Below, in pieces: positions 1 to 9,796 of a stretch of 60,035 nt of DNA. The notes under the pieces were generated by a model. That model searched no databases, had not been told where the DNA came from, and saw only the letters and a program-made list of their open reading frames with translations. The stretch covers positions 1-60,035 of the forward strand of contig JAZDKR010000010.1 in the NCBI GenBank assembly GCA_043802785.1, given 5' to 3'. Position 1 is the first letter of the stretch; each line of letters starts with the position of its first letter. Both the position numbers and the translations under genes were made by a program. The stretch is from Elusimicrobiota bacterium. GTDB taxonomy: Bacteria; Elusimicrobiota; UBA8919.

Positions 1-629
1 TCATAACCAAGCCAAACTTTATTTTCTTTTATTAAAGGAATAAACTCTTTATAAATAATAGCTCCCTGCTGACCCAGTATCAAAAACTTTTTCTCATATT
101 TTACAAGCTGTGCCACATATTCGCGAAACAATGAAAATGGAGGATTAGTTACAACTATATCGGCTTGCTTTAGTAGTTCTATACACTCATCGCTTCGAAA
201 ATCCCCGTTGCCTTTTAGTGGGGTTGCGATGTTTTTATCGTGTTTCAGCAAATACTCCACATCATCAAGGCCTATCGCGCCATCTTTGTCAGTATCTGGC
301 ACTTCTTTAATTTCAATTTTGAACGGCTCTTTTCCCGATGGTTTTAATCCTTCTACCTCAAATAGTGGCAACTGACCGCCGACAATCGGCGATTTTACAT
401 AACTCGTAGTGACGAGCTTCTTTAATCCAAGCGCGTTAAAATTTGCCGCGAAGTATTTAAAAAAATTGCTCTCAAACGGATCGTCGCAATTACAATAAAC
501 AACCTTACCACGAAATTGATCTTTATAGTGCTTGAGTTCTTTTTCAATATCAACAAGCTGAGTATAAAACTCGTCTTTTTTTGCTTGGCTCGCCTTGTGT
601 AAGTTTTTGTTTAAAGATTTTGTTCTCAT
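1..629 (-). CDS. Adenine-specific DNA methyltransferase, M.EcoRI family (3' end runs off the window)
   Basis: Manual translation from ATG at 629: MRTKSLNKNLHKASQAKKDEFYTQLVDIEKELKHYKDQFRGKVVYCNCDDPFESNFFKYF, the typical N-terminus of the EcoRI-family methylase. Not in the supplied ORF track. Confidence 0.85.
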   Translation of the reverse strand, partial: MRTKSLNKNLHKASQAKKDEFYTQLVDIEKELKHYKDQFRGKVVYCNCDDPFESNFFKYFAANFNALGLKKLVTTSYVKSPIVGGQLPLFEVEGLKPSGKEPFKIEIKEVPDTDKDGAIGLDDVEYLLKHDKNIATPLKGNGDFRSDECIELLKQADIVVTNPPFSLFREYVAQLVKYEKKFLILGQQGAIIYKEFIPLIKENKVWLGY

Positions 630-700
630 ATTTACTTCATTAAAACATCTATCGAAACGCCCAATGCGTCTGCAATTTTAACAATATCAACAGTCAATTT

Positions 701-774
701 TGCGCCCAGCAGGACTCGAACCTGCAACCTTTTGCTTCGAAGGCAATCGCTCTATCCAATTGAGCTATGGTCGC
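701..774 (-). tRNA. tRNA-Arg (anticodon TCG)
   Basis: Cloverleaf GCGACCA / D-arm GCTC-AATTGGATA-GAGC / anticodon loop CT-TCG-AA / T-arm GCAGG-TTCGAGT-CCTGC / TGGGCGC-A. One mismatch in the acceptor stem; CCA not encoded. Confidence 0.92.
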
Positions 775-798
775 ATATATTTGTGCGAGATAAACTCC

Positions 799-831
799 GC
801 AATCGCTCTATCTAATTGAGTTATAGTGGCA
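799..831 (-). pseudogene. Degenerate copy of the 5' half of the adjacent tRNA-Arg
   Basis: 29/33 nt identical to 743-775; similarity ends at the anticodon loop. Confidence 0.75.
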
Positions 832-1248
832 CTATTCGCCGATTATTTTTACAAGCACACGCTTTTTTCTTTGACCGTCAAACTCGCCGTAAAAAATCTG
901 CTCCCACGGGCCAAAATCCAACTTTCCGTTTGTTATTGCGGCAACAACTTCTCTACCCATAATAGTTCTTCTTAAATGCGCATATGCATTATCTTCACCC
1001 GTCAAATTATGTTTGTATTTTTCAGGTGAATAAGGAACAAGTTTTTCAAGCCATTCCTTAAAGTCCGTTTTCAGTCCTTCTTCTTCATCGTTGATAAAAA
1101 CACTTGATGTTATATGCATCGCATTGACAAGGCAAAGACCTTCTTTTATACCGCTTTTTCTGACCAACGCCTCAACCTCATCGGTAATATTCACAAACTC
1201 AACTTTATTTTTTGTATTAAACCACAAATGTTCAGTTAAAGATTTCAT
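832..1248 (-). CDS. yjbQ: YjbQ / UPF0047 family protein (secondary thiamine-phosphate synthase)
   Basis: Motifs [18 protein letters not shown] and [13 protein letters not shown]. Confidence 0.88.
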   Translation of the reverse strand: MKSLTEHLWFNTKNKVEFVNITDEVEALVRKSGIKEGLCLVNAMHITSSVFINDEEEGLKTDFKEWLEKLVPYSPEKYKHNLTGEDNAYAHLRRTIMGREVVAAITNGKLDFGPWEQIFYGEFDGQRKKRVLVKIIGE

Positions 1249-1251
1249 AAT

Positions 1252-2334
1252 TTATTTTACCTGCTCCACTTTTTTCCAAAAACCGCTTTTTGTTCTCAAA
1301 ATATCCTGATATGTTGCATAAAGTGCCAGTGCTATTAAAAGTGAAAATCCGACGGAAGTTGCAAACTGCATAATTTTTTTATTCAATTTTTTTCTTGAAA
1401 CTCCTTCAAACAAATAAAACATAATATGCCCGCCGTCAACAATGGGAATAGGCAGAAGATTGAACATTCCGAGTGCAACCGAAACAATCGCTATAAAATT
1501 AAGAAATACTTTAGGACCAAGTTTCGCCGCAAAGTAAGCCGCTTGCATAATTCCGATTGGTCCAGAAACCTCGGCCGGTGCCTCCCATAGCGTCAATTTC
1601 ATATAAAGATATTTAAGCGGCGTAACCGTCCAGAAAATTATTTGGTTGAATGATTCTTTGATTGCTTTTACAAACCCTACTTTTACAATAATCGGTTCCG
1701 AAGACATATCATACACAATCCCAATACGAGATGTTTTTATTTTTTCGTCATATTTAGGTGTGATTTTTACATCAAAAATTTTATGTGCAGCATTTCTTTT
1801 TATAGAAAAAACCATTTCTTTATCTAACGATTCTTTCACCATTTTTGAAACAAATCGTGCATCCTCAAGTTTATTACCGCTGATAGCAACTATTTCATCG
1901 CCTGATACCAAACCAGCAATAAAAGCAGGTGAGTTTTTTTCTACCAATTTTATAACTGGTCGCTGATATTGTAATCCCCAAACAGAAATGATAAATAAAA
2001 AAATAATAAACGCAGAAATATAATTCATTATCGCACCGGCGGAAACAATGGCAATCCGTTCATACCATTTTTTTGAAAAAAATTCGTCTGGTGCACCACC
2101 AATCTCATTTATTTCGTCACCAGCCATTTTTACAAATCCACCAAAGGGTATGCACCTGACTGAATATCTCGTTTCGCTTTTCGTCCATCCAAAAATCTCG
2201 GGACCAAAACCAAACGAAAAATCCAAAACCTTTACTTTCATTTTTTTGGCAATTATAAAATGGCCAAACTCGTGAATCATTACCACAAAACCAAACATTA
2301 ACGCAACTGCCAATATGCCCAAAAGAATTGTCAT
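1252..2334 (-). CDS. rseP: RIP metalloprotease RseP (site-2 protease with PDZ domain)
   Basis: HEFGH, GGFVKMAG and NLLPIPIVDGGH motifs. Start moved to ATG 2334, which follows a GGGAGG SD. Confidence 0.93.
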   Translation of the reverse strand: MTILLGILAVALMFGFVVMIHEFGHFIIAKKMKVKVLDFSFGFGPEIFGWTKSETRYSVRCIPFGGFVKMAGDEINEIGGAPDEFFSKKWYERIAIVSAGAIMNYISAFIIFLFIISVWGLQYQRPVIKLVEKNSPAFIAGLVSGDEIVAISGNKLEDARFVSKMVKESLDKEMVFSIKRNAAHKIFDVKITPKYDEKIKTSRIGIVYDMSSEPIIVKVGFVKAIKESFNQIIFWTVTPLKYLYMKLTLWEAPAEVSGPIGIMQAAYFAAKLGPKVFLNFIAIVSVALGMFNLLPIPIVDGGHIMFYLFEGVSRKKLNKKIMQFATSVGFSLLIALALYATYQDILRTKSGFWKKVEQVK

Positions 2335-2382
2335 TTTGCCTCCCTTTAACAACGATGAAAACTGATAACAAACTGATGCAAA

Positions 2383-2434
2383 CGAGATTGCTTCGTCCCG
2401 ATCCCGCTAAAGCGGGACGGGACTCGCAATGACA
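2383..2434. repeat. Palindromic REP-like element, GATTGCTTCG...CTCGCAATGAC family, with an internal CCCGCTAAAGCGGG hairpin
   Basis: Same termini occur at about 18544-18577, 36963-37053, 47461-47526, 53278-53337 and 55596-55652. Confidence 0.8.
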
Positions 2435-2463
2435 TCTGCCTGAATCAGGACTTTTAATTGTCT

Positions 2464-3537
2464 TTACATATTCTCAACAAATTTTCTTGTTTCACAATCA
2501 ACATCTAATATATCTTCCAAATTAGGGTTTTTTATCACTCTGTGATTCTTCATTGCTTTTTCTATAAGTTTGGGAATCTGTAAAAATTGTATTTTACATT
2601 CAAGAAATTTTTTGACTGCAACTTCGTTGGCAGCATTAAGAACCGCGGGCATTGTTCCGGCAATTTTTGCAGCAGAAAGTGCAAGTTCAAAACATGGGAA
2701 ATTGCCAGCAGAAAATCTGAAAAATTCTAATTTGCCAATGTCAGCCAGATCAAGTTTTTTAACCGTTGATACCTTTCTTTCCGGATAGGTTAACGCATAC
2801 TGTATCGGAAGCCGCATATCCGTTTTGCCAATCTGTGCTATAATTGAACCGTCCACAAACTCAACAGCACTGTGAACTATTGACTGTGGATGAATTACAA
2901 CTTCTATTTTTTCATATGGAATTCCAAAAAGATAGTGTGCCTCTATTACTTCAAAACCCTTGTTTATCATTGTTGCGGAATCGACGGTGATTTTCCTACC
3001 CATCTTCCATGTAGGGTGTTTTAAGACATCTTCCACTTTGACTTTTGACAAATCTTTTTTTGAGTAATTTCTGAATGGCCCACCTGAGGCAGTCAAAATT
3101 ATTTTGGAAATCTCTTCTTTGTTTTTACCGTCAATACATTGAAAAATTGCGGAATGTTCGCTGTCAACAGGAATTATTTCGGTAGAATATTTTTTGAGAA
3201 GTTCTGTTATCAAAGCACCTGCAATAACAAGTGCTTCTTTATTTGCAAGTGCAATTTTTTTTTTTAATTTTATTGCGTTTATAAGAGGTATAAGCCCTGC
3301 GGCACCTACAACAGCAATCAAAACAATGTCTGCTTTGGAAATTAGCGAAATGTTTTTTAAACCGGAACTCCCGATAGCAATAATTCCCGGTTTGAATTTT
3401 TCTGATTGTTCTTTCAAAAGCAACTTGTTCTTATTTGCGGATAACCCTATAACTTTGAAATTATTCAGGTGAGTTATAACATCAAGTGCAGATGTGCCAA
3501 TGGAACCGGTTGAACCGAGAACTGAAATTTTTTTCAT
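2464..3537 (-). CDS. dxr: 1-deoxy-D-xylulose 5-phosphate reductoisomerase
   Basis: LGSTGSIG, ANKEALV, PVDSEHSAIFQC and HPTWKMGRKITVDSATM motifs. Confidence 0.97.
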   Translation of the reverse strand: MKKISVLGSTGSIGTSALDVITHLNNFKVIGLSANKNKLLLKEQSEKFKPGIIAIGSSGLKNISLISKADIVLIAVVGAAGLIPLINAIKLKKKIALANKEALVIAGALITELLKKYSTEIIPVDSEHSAIFQCIDGKNKEEISKIILTASGGPFRNYSKKDLSKVKVEDVLKHPTWKMGRKITVDSATMINKGFEVIEAHYLFGIPYEKIEVVIHPQSIVHSAVEFVDGSIIAQIGKTDMRLPIQYALTYPERKVSTVKKLDLADIGKLEFFRFSAGNFPCFELALSAAKIAGTMPAVLNAANEVAVKKFLECKIQFLQIPKLIEKAMKNHRVIKNPNLEDILDVDCETRKFVENM

Positions 3538-3580
3538 TTACAAGATAGTCCTCGCTACACTCGGAACTTGATTCAGACAA

Positions 3581-3723
3581 GTAGGACAGGATCTTTAGAC
3601 CCTGTCATCTCTGTTGAACGGTCTGAAGACCGTTCACTTCTTGGCACGTCAGTTTCCGGTACATCAAGATAGGCTATGCTAATGCATCACGATACTGTAG
3701 CCGACGCTTAAGCGTCGGCTACT
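3581..3723. repeat. Cluster of GTAG-type palindromic REP-like units
   Basis: GTAGGACAGGATCTTTAGACCCTGTC (3581-3606), GAACGGTCTGAAGACCGTTC, and the perfect palindrome GTAGCCGACGCTTAAGCGTCGGCTAC (about 3698-3723). Confidence 0.75.
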
Positions 3724-3749
3724 ACTATTAGATTATTGAAATTTCGATA

Positions 3750-4565
3750 CTATAAAATAAAAAATTTTATGTAGTAGTAAAAAACTGGAGCGGCAAAAAT
3801 AAAACTGTCAAGTTTGTCCAAAATACCACCATGGTTTTTAAGCATTGTGGACGAGTCCTTTACTCCTGCCGAGCGTTTTATTAATGATTCAGCAAGATCA
3901 CCAAACTGTGCCGATATGCCTATTAAAATACCAAGCGAAAAAACATCTGCTGGTTTTAAAAAACCAATGAAAAATAATTTCGCAATAAAAACGGTAATTA
4001 CTGACGCAAAAATGGACGCGATTGCCCCTTCTACAGATTTTTTTGGACTGATTACAGAAAGCTGTCGAGAACCATATACCGAGCCAAAAAAGTATGCAGC
4101 AGAATCAGCAATCCAGACGGTTACAAGAAGAAGTACGGTAAATTTAAAACCGTCGGGACGGAAATCCCTTATCAGCAAAAAATGTCCGGGAAGCCAGCCA
4201 AGATAAATAATTCCAAGAAATGTAATAGCCAACGACGGTATTGCAGTGCGAATGTCATATCTAATTATTTCATAAACAAAAAGAAGTAAAACCATAAGTG
4301 TAAAAACAAGTGCCGTTGCATCGTTAGAAACAACGGAAGCAATTTTGGAGCCGTTGAAAAATATTGAACTAAGTATCAAAAGTATGGATATATTTCCGAA
4401 GGTTTTCCGAGGAACAAATCCCATTTTCGCTACTAATAACCAAAATTCATAAGCAGATAAAAAACAAATCCCGCAGATAAAAATAAGAAACGGAATATAC
4501 CCGAGATATACGGCAACGAAAACAACCGGAATTAAAATCAAAGCAATAAAAATTCTGTTAAACAT
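3750..4565 (-). CDS. cdsA: Phosphatidate cytidylyltransferase
   Basis: Multi-TM protein with DSAAYFFG, ISPKKSVEG and GDLAESLIKR-AGVKDS-HGGILDKLDS; located between uppS and dxr. Confidence 0.95.
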   Translation of the reverse strand: MFNRIFIALILIPVVFVAVYLGYIPFLIFICGICFLSAYEFWLLVAKMGFVPRKTFGNISILLILSSIFFNGSKIASVVSNDATALVFTLMVLLLFVYEIIRYDIRTAIPSLAITFLGIIYLGWLPGHFLLIRDFRPDGFKFTVLLLVTVWIADSAAYFFGSVYGSRQLSVISPKKSVEGAIASIFASVITVFIAKLFFIGFLKPADVFSLGILIGISAQFGDLAESLIKRSAGVKDSSTMLKNHGGILDKLDSFIFAAPVFYYYIKFFIL

Positions 4566-4573
4566 ATTAACGA

Positions 4574-4649
4574 CAGAGATTAAGAGATTGAGAAATTTGG
4601 AAATTAGGGAAAACCCCTAATCTCATAATCTCATAATCTCTATTATCTG
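4574..4649. repeat. Convergent heptamer arrays (GAGATTA / TAATCTC)
   Basis: Imperfect 7-mer tandem repeats in inverted arrangement, ending 8 nt before the cdsA ATG. Confidence 0.8.
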
Positions 4650-4691
4650 ACTCCCTCTGCGTCTCCACGGTTCATATTTTTTCAGAATGGT

Positions 4692-5372
4692 TCACCCACC
4701 AAATCGTCTGTTTCTTTTTTGATATTCATCTATTGCTTCTATTAGATTTTTCTTTTTGAAATCGGGCCAGAGAATACTTGTCATATAAAATTCAGAATAT
4801 GCCGACTGCCACAAAAGGAAATTTGAAATACGGCTCTCACCGGAAGTCCTTATTATCAAATCGGGAGATGGCAAGTTCGTCGTATAAAGATATTTCTCAA
4901 AAATTTTTTCATCAACTTTTTTATGGGTACCGTCGGTTATGATTTTGTTAACCGCATCAACTATCTCCTGTCTGCCTCCGTAATTAAGTGCAATATTCAG
5001 TATCATACCTGTATTTTTTGATGTTTTTTCCATTGCTTCTTCAACTAATTTAACAATGTCAATCGGCAATTCAGAAAGACGCCCTATTATGTTAACCTTA
5101 ACATTGTTTTTGTGCAAACGCCCGAGTTCTTTTTTAATAAACAACTTCAAAAGACCGAAAAGACCCTTTATCTCGGATTTTGGTCTGTTCCAGTTTTCCG
5201 TTGAAAACGCATACAATGTCAAAACCCCAACCCCAATATCGTTGGCTGCTATCACAATTTCTCTCACACTTTTCATACCAGCGTGATGCCCATAGAGACG
5301 AGGAAGTCCCCTTTTTTTAGCCCAACGGCCATTGCCGTCCATTATTATCGCTATGTGTTTGGGTATATTCAT
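4692..5372 (-). CDS. uppS: Undecaprenyl diphosphate synthase (isoprenyl transferase)
   Basis: HIAIIMDGNGRWA, FSTENWNRP and RTSGESRISNFLLWQ motifs. Confidence 0.97.
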   Translation of the reverse strand: MNIPKHIAIIMDGNGRWAKKRGLPRLYGHHAGMKSVREIVIAANDIGVGVLTLYAFSTENWNRPKSEIKGLFGLLKLFIKKELGRLHKNNVKVNIIGRLSELPIDIVKLVEEAMEKTSKNTGMILNIALNYGGRQEIVDAVNKIITDGTHKKVDEKIFEKYLYTTNLPSPDLIIRTSGESRISNFLLWQSAYSEFYMTSILWPDFKKKNLIEAIDEYQKRNRRFGG

Positions 5373-5470
5373 TCGCTTCGCTCTTACGCGAATTCCCGCA
5401 AATCTAACGCGAATTATCGCAAATTATTCGCGTGTATTCGCGATGTTCTCTCATTCGCGTTCATTCGCGT
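5373..5470. repeat. ACGCGAAT...ATTCGCGT inverted/tandem repeat element
   Basis: Near-identical elements at about 28267-28356, 50822-50885 and 58814-58903. Confidence 0.8.
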
Positions 5471-5474
5471 TTCT

Positions 5475-6032
5475 TCAGACCGTCATTATCTCTTTTTCTT
5501 TCTGTATCAGTATTTCGTCTATTTTTTTTATATAATTTTCTGTAAGTTTTTGCATTTCATCCTGCGATTTGAATTTTTCATCTTCAGTGATTTTTTTTTC
5601 GTCAAAGATTTTTTTTACAAGTTCCAGCGAAATTCTTCTCTCGTTCCTTAATTCAATTTTGTGGTCTTCCGCCATTTTTTTTGCGGTCTTAATAATATCT
5701 TTCCTGCGTTCCTCAGTAAGTTGCGGAATAGGAAGCCGTATAACCTTACCGTCATTTTGAGGTGTAATTCCGATACCCGCTTTTAATATCGCTTTTTCAA
5801 GTTCTTGTAAGACACCTTTATCCCACGGTGTTAGCACAATCAGCCGCGGCTCCGGGATTGAAATACCCGCTACCTGATTTACCGGCAGGTCTGAATCATA
5901 ATATCTCACTTTTACCGTGTCCAAAATCGCAGGAGTCGCACGGCCGGTTTTAAGCATCAAAAATTCCGATTTAAGATGTTCTAATGTCTTTTTCATTTTT
6001 TCTTCCGTTTCAACTAAAATCTGTTTTGGCAT
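5475..6032 (-). CDS. frr: Ribosome recycling factor
   Basis: TGRATPAILD and PQLTEERRK motifs; downstream of pyrH. Confidence 0.97.
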   Translation of the reverse strand: MPKQILVETEEKMKKTLEHLKSEFLMLKTGRATPAILDTVKVRYYDSDLPVNQVAGISIPEPRLIVLTPWDKGVLQELEKAILKAGIGITPQNDGKVIRLPIPQLTEERRKDIIKTAKKMAEDHKIELRNERRISLELVKKIFDEKKITEDEKFKSQDEMQKLTENYIKKIDEILIQKEKEIMTV

Positions 6033-6046
6033 AGAAAATCTCCATT

Positions 6047-6140
6047 CAGGACTAAGTTGTAAGTTGTAAGGATTAAGCGGGCAGTGTCAAAAAACTTAAT
6101 CCTTATCACTTAATCCTTACCACTTAATCCTTACCACTTA
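6047..6140. repeat. Convergent heptamer arrays (GGATTAA / TTAATCC-CTTACCA)
   Basis: 7-mer tandem repeats around a central AAAAA; the element overlaps the pyrH TAA stop. Confidence 0.75.
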
Positions 6141-6836
6141 TAGATGAATAACTGAACCAACATTTTTTCCAAAGACCGCTTTTAACATATTCCCACTTTT
6201 ATTAAAATTGAAAACTATGATTTCAATTTTATGCTTACGGCATAATGAAAATGCTTCTATGTCCATTACTTTCAGATTTTTTTTTATCGCATCATCATAT
6301 GAAATTTCTTTGATAAGTTTGGCATTTGGATTTTTTTTAGGGTCGTCATCATATAAACCGTCAACATTAGTTGCTTTTAATATCAATTCTGCTTTTGACT
6401 CTACGGCGAAAATTGCGGAAGCGGTATCGGTAGTAAAATGGGGACGTCCGGTGCCTCCAACCATAATAACGATGTTTTTATTTTTCCAAGCATTATCTAT
6501 TTTTTCAAGTGTGAACTGCTGTAAAAAATTACCCACACCAAAAGAAGAAAACACTTTTGCCGGAATATTTTTTGATTTGAACCTCTCGTTTAAAACCATA
6601 CCATTAATAAGTGTTGCCGTCATACCTATGTAATCCGCAGCCGTTTTGTCAATAAGTTTACCGTTCACACTACCACGCCAGATATTGCCACCGCCAACCA
6701 CAATTCCAATAGAAACGGCTTTTTTATAAACGGGAACTATTTCAGATATTATTTTATCAACTGACGAAAAATCAATCCCGTCACCGTTATTACCAAGTGC
6801 TTCACCTGAAAGTTTTATAATGATTTTTTTATACAT
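6138..6836 (-). CDS. pyrH: Uridylate kinase
   Basis: KLSGEAL, GGGNIWRG, ADYIGMTAT, FTTDTA and VDGLYDDDP motifs. Confidence 0.96.
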   Translation of the reverse strand: MYKKIIIKLSGEALGNNGDGIDFSSVDKIISEIVPVYKKAVSIGIVVGGGNIWRGSVNGKLIDKTAADYIGMTATLINGMVLNERFKSKNIPAKVFSSFGVGNFLQQFTLEKIDNAWKNKNIVIMVGGTGRPHFTTDTASAIFAVESKAELILKATNVDGLYDDDPKKNPNAKLIKEISYDDAIKKNLKVMDIEAFSLCRKHKIEIIVFNFNKSGNMLKAVFGKNVGSVIHL

Positions 6837-6854
6837 ACCATCATCGTGGAGTGA

Positions 6855-6951
6855 GGGAAAAGTTTCTGCAGAGCCTCGATTTGCGACTTATTCGTTCCAG
6901 GAGCAAATCGCAGAGCGAGTTCTAACGAGCGTCTCAAAGAAACTTATTCCC
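6855..6951. repeat. MITE-like element of about 97 bp with terminal inverted repeats
   Basis: GGGAAAAGTTTCT ... AGAAACTTATTCCC termini and an internal CGATTTGC/GCAAATCG stem. Confidence 0.55.
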
Positions 6952-6960
6952 GAACGACAT

Positions 6961-7575
6961 TTATTCTTCGCCTATCTTGAATCTTGTAAATCTTTTTACC
7001 GAAATATTTTCACCGAGTTTAGCAACCGCATCAATTATAAGTTCCTTTACTTTCTTATTTCCGGATGTTTCTCTGATATACGGTTGTTCAAGAAGACAAA
7101 TTTTTTCATAAAATTTATCAAGACGGCCGGTTATTATTTTGTCAATGATTTTTTCGGGTTTACCTTCCTTCAACGCTTGTGCTCTCAGCACCTCTTTTTC
7201 TTTTGACAATTCATCGGCGAGGATATTTTCAATTCCCACAACCATAGGCGATGTCGCTGCAATCTGCATGGAAATTTCTTTGCCAAGATTCTGAAAATCT
7301 TCCGTCTTGGCAACAAAATCGGTCTCACAGTTCAATTCCAACAAAACCCCTAACTTGCTCCCCGGATGGATATATGAAAATATCAAACCCTCTTTGGCTG
7401 TCCTTGAAGATTTTTTAAGTGCAATCGCAATTCCTTTTTCCCTTAATTTTGCAACCGCCTTTTCCTCGTCGCCACCTGTTTCTATAAGCGCCTGTTTGCA
7501 GTCCATCATCCCACAACTTGTTTTTTCACGCAGACGAGCAACCATCTCACCCGTTATTTTGACAGTTTGTAACAT
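6961..7575 (-). CDS. tsf: Elongation factor Ts (short form)
   Basis: LREKTSCGMMDCK and ELNCETDFVA motifs. Start moved to ATG 7575, after a GGAGGT SD. Confidence 0.97.
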   Translation of the reverse strand: MLQTVKITGEMVARLREKTSCGMMDCKQALIETGGDEEKAVAKLREKGIAIALKKSSRTAKEGLIFSYIHPGSKLGVLLELNCETDFVAKTEDFQNLGKEISMQIAATSPMVVGIENILADELSKEKEVLRAQALKEGKPEKIIDKIITGRLDKFYEKICLLEQPYIRETSGNKKVKELIIDAVAKLGENISVKRFTRFKIGEE

Positions 7576-7595
7576 TTTTTTTACCTCCATTGGCA

Positions 7596-7697
7596 GTTGT
7601 AAGGATTAAGTCGCTCACCCCGACAAGTCGGGGTTCGCTTTAAGTATTAAGTTTTTTCTTAATCCTTACAACTTATAACTTAATCCTGACCTCTTAA
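7596..7697. repeat. Convergent heptamer array with a nested CCCGACAAGTCGGG hairpin
   Basis: GGATTAAG ... CTTAATCC arms between rpsB and tsf. Confidence 0.7.
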
Positions 7698-7700
7698 TCA

Positions 7701-8567
7701 TTAGTCCTGCTTTATTCCTTCCACTTCTTTCACAATTCCCTTGTCTTCTGTTATCGGTATTTCCTCGTCGGAAGAAAATTTTTCCTCTGCCGATATGTTT
7801 TGTCCACCTGCGGCGGAGTCTGCAACGGAACCTACGGTGGATCCTCCGGCGGAAACCATAGTTGACAAACCGCTTTCACTCTTAATCGCAGATTTACCTT
7901 CTATAACAGCATCTGCAATAACACTTACAAGCAAGGATATGGATTTTATCGCATCATCGTTTCCGGGAATGCAATGGTCAACCACATCCGGATCACTGTT
8001 TGTATCGCAAATAGCAACCACCGGAATTTTAAGACGTCGGGCTTCTGCTACCGCAGTTTTTTCATTAACAGGATCCACAACAAATATAAGTCCGGGAATA
8101 GAATGCATATCCTTAATTCCCGAAAGAGCGATAGATAGTTTTTTCATCTCCTTCGTCAGAACAGATATTTCCTTTTTGGGAAGTTTTTCAAGAATACCAT
8201 CTGTTTTCATTTTTTCCAAATCATTAAGTCGGGCAATGTTCCTCTTGATTGTCTCAAAATTTGTCAAAGTACCGCCCAACCATCTGGATACCACATAATG
8301 GACACCACATCTTACCGCTTCATTTTTTACAATTTCCTGGGACTGCTGCTTTGTTCCGACGAAAAGAATGCGTCCACCGGCCGCAGCAACATCTCTTACA
8401 AATTTGCATGCCTTTTTTAACTCCTTCACCGTTTTGGCGAGGTCAATAATATGAATCTTGTTCCGGTCCCCAAAAATAAATTTTCCCATTTTGGGATTCC
8501 ACTGACTTGTCTGATGCCCAAAATGGACACCCGCTTCTAATAAACCCTTCATTGATACATTGCTCAT
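7701..8567 (-). CDS. rpsB: 30S ribosomal protein S2
   Basis: [22 protein letters not shown] and [10 protein letters not shown] motifs. Confidence 0.98.
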   Translation of the reverse strand: MSNVSMKGLLEAGVHFGHQTSQWNPKMGKFIFGDRNKIHIIDLAKTVKELKKACKFVRDVAAAGGRILFVGTKQQSQEIVKNEAVRCGVHYVVSRWLGGTLTNFETIKRNIARLNDLEKMKTDGILEKLPKKEISVLTKEMKKLSIALSGIKDMHSIPGLIFVVDPVNEKTAVAEARRLKIPVVAICDTNSDPDVVDHCIPGNDDAIKSISLLVSVIADAVIEGKSAIKSESGLSTMVSAGGSTVGSVADSAAGGQNISAEEKFSSDEEIPITEDKGIVKEVEGIKQD

Positions 8568-8582
8568 TTTTATTACCCCCCC

Positions 8583-8686
8583 GTTAAGGATTAAGGATTA
8601 AGACGCTTCGCTTTAAGGATTAAGTTTTGATGCCCTTCTTAATCCTTATCACTTACTACTTAATCTTTACAACTTACCACTTAATT
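8583..8686. repeat. Convergent heptamer arrays (AAGGATT / AATCCTT-CTTACCA)
   Basis: Directly visible 7-mer repeats in the rpsB leader region. Confidence 0.75.
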
Positions 8687-9670
8687 CTATGTTTTCATTT
8701 TCTCAAATAACTTAAAAAAAATCAAGTAGAATTTGAAAAAAATACGGTTAAAAAATCCGCTTCTCCTTACCCATTTCACAACTTTTATCGGCGTATCTTC
8801 TGAAACGGTCGCTTGACCTACCACACCGGCGGCAAGACGAACCATAAGGGTAACGCCATTTTTTGAATGTGTAATGTTATGAATTTTGCACGGAATCGCA
8901 ATGACTCCAAAAATGTTTCTTCCACCTATAAGACCACTTAAATACTGTGATATCTCCCGATTATCAGTAATAAGAACAGCGATTTCGTCGCCAGGCATTA
9001 GAACACCGGCTTTGAGAATAACGCCACCCGATGAAACCGGCATTACATCAATTGTAAACTGGTTAACCAAACTGAAATCATACTCGTTAAATTCAAACTC
9101 CGTCTGCGGCGGAAAAATCTTGTCAGATATTTTTTTGAACTGCGTGAGATTAAGTTCCTCGGATAAAATCTCAAAATTAACCGCGGATGTTGATAACGGC
9201 TCCCTTAAAATGTCCTCCAAGATATCGGCAACTTCCGTAATGTTATTTTTTTTTACTGCGTCAAAAAAACTTTCGTTATATTCGTCTAAAATTTCATCGA
9301 CAATTTTTTTTTCTATACTCAGCGTCATATCCTGAATGCTACCAGGCATAAGCCGAGTCGTATAAAGTTTTTTGTCGTATTCACACCAGTTCTGCTGTAA
9401 ATCTGTTTCATAAACCTTCGGATTATATGTTACCAAAGCACGCGTCCTTAAATGCCGACGGTGATTTATATCCACGATAATCATAATCATTCCATAAAGA
9501 TGATTACCATATGTATAAAATTTACCTTTTATTACGACTATATCCTTAAGCAAATCAAAAATTTTTGATATGGATTTTGATATGTTGTAATTGCACGATT
9601 CAAGAGCAATCTGTGCCTGCCCCTCGTCACAACCAGTTTCTTCCATAACTATTCTTATTTTTTCCTGCAT
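8687..9670 (-). CDS. Hypothetical protein with an N-terminal UBA/EF-Ts-N-like helical domain
   Basis: Long ORF co-oriented with the operon; the N-terminus IRIVMEETGCDEGQAQIALESCNYNI resembles the UBA-like domains of EF-Ts and NAC. Confidence 0.7.
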   Translation of the reverse strand: MQEKIRIVMEETGCDEGQAQIALESCNYNISKSISKIFDLLKDIVVIKGKFYTYGNHLYGMIMIIVDINHRRHLRTRALVTYNPKVYETDLQQNWCEYDKKLYTTRLMPGSIQDMTLSIEKKIVDEILDEYNESFFDAVKKNNITEVADILEDILREPLSTSAVNFEILSEELNLTQFKKISDKIFPPQTEFEFNEYDFSLVNQFTIDVMPVSSGGVILKAGVLMPGDEIAVLITDNREISQYLSGLIGGRNIFGVIAIPCKIHNITHSKNGVTLMVRLAAGVVGQATVSEDTPIKVVKWVRRSGFFNRIFFKFYLIFFKLFEKMKT

Positions 9671-9796
9671 ATTACGTCCAGAGTCCTAACTGCGTTCAAG
9701 TTCCAACGGCGTTCACGAGTTCACGGGTTCACGAGTTGATGTGTTGACACATAAACACATGAACACCTTTTTGTAGTTTTGAACGCCGTTTGCTTC

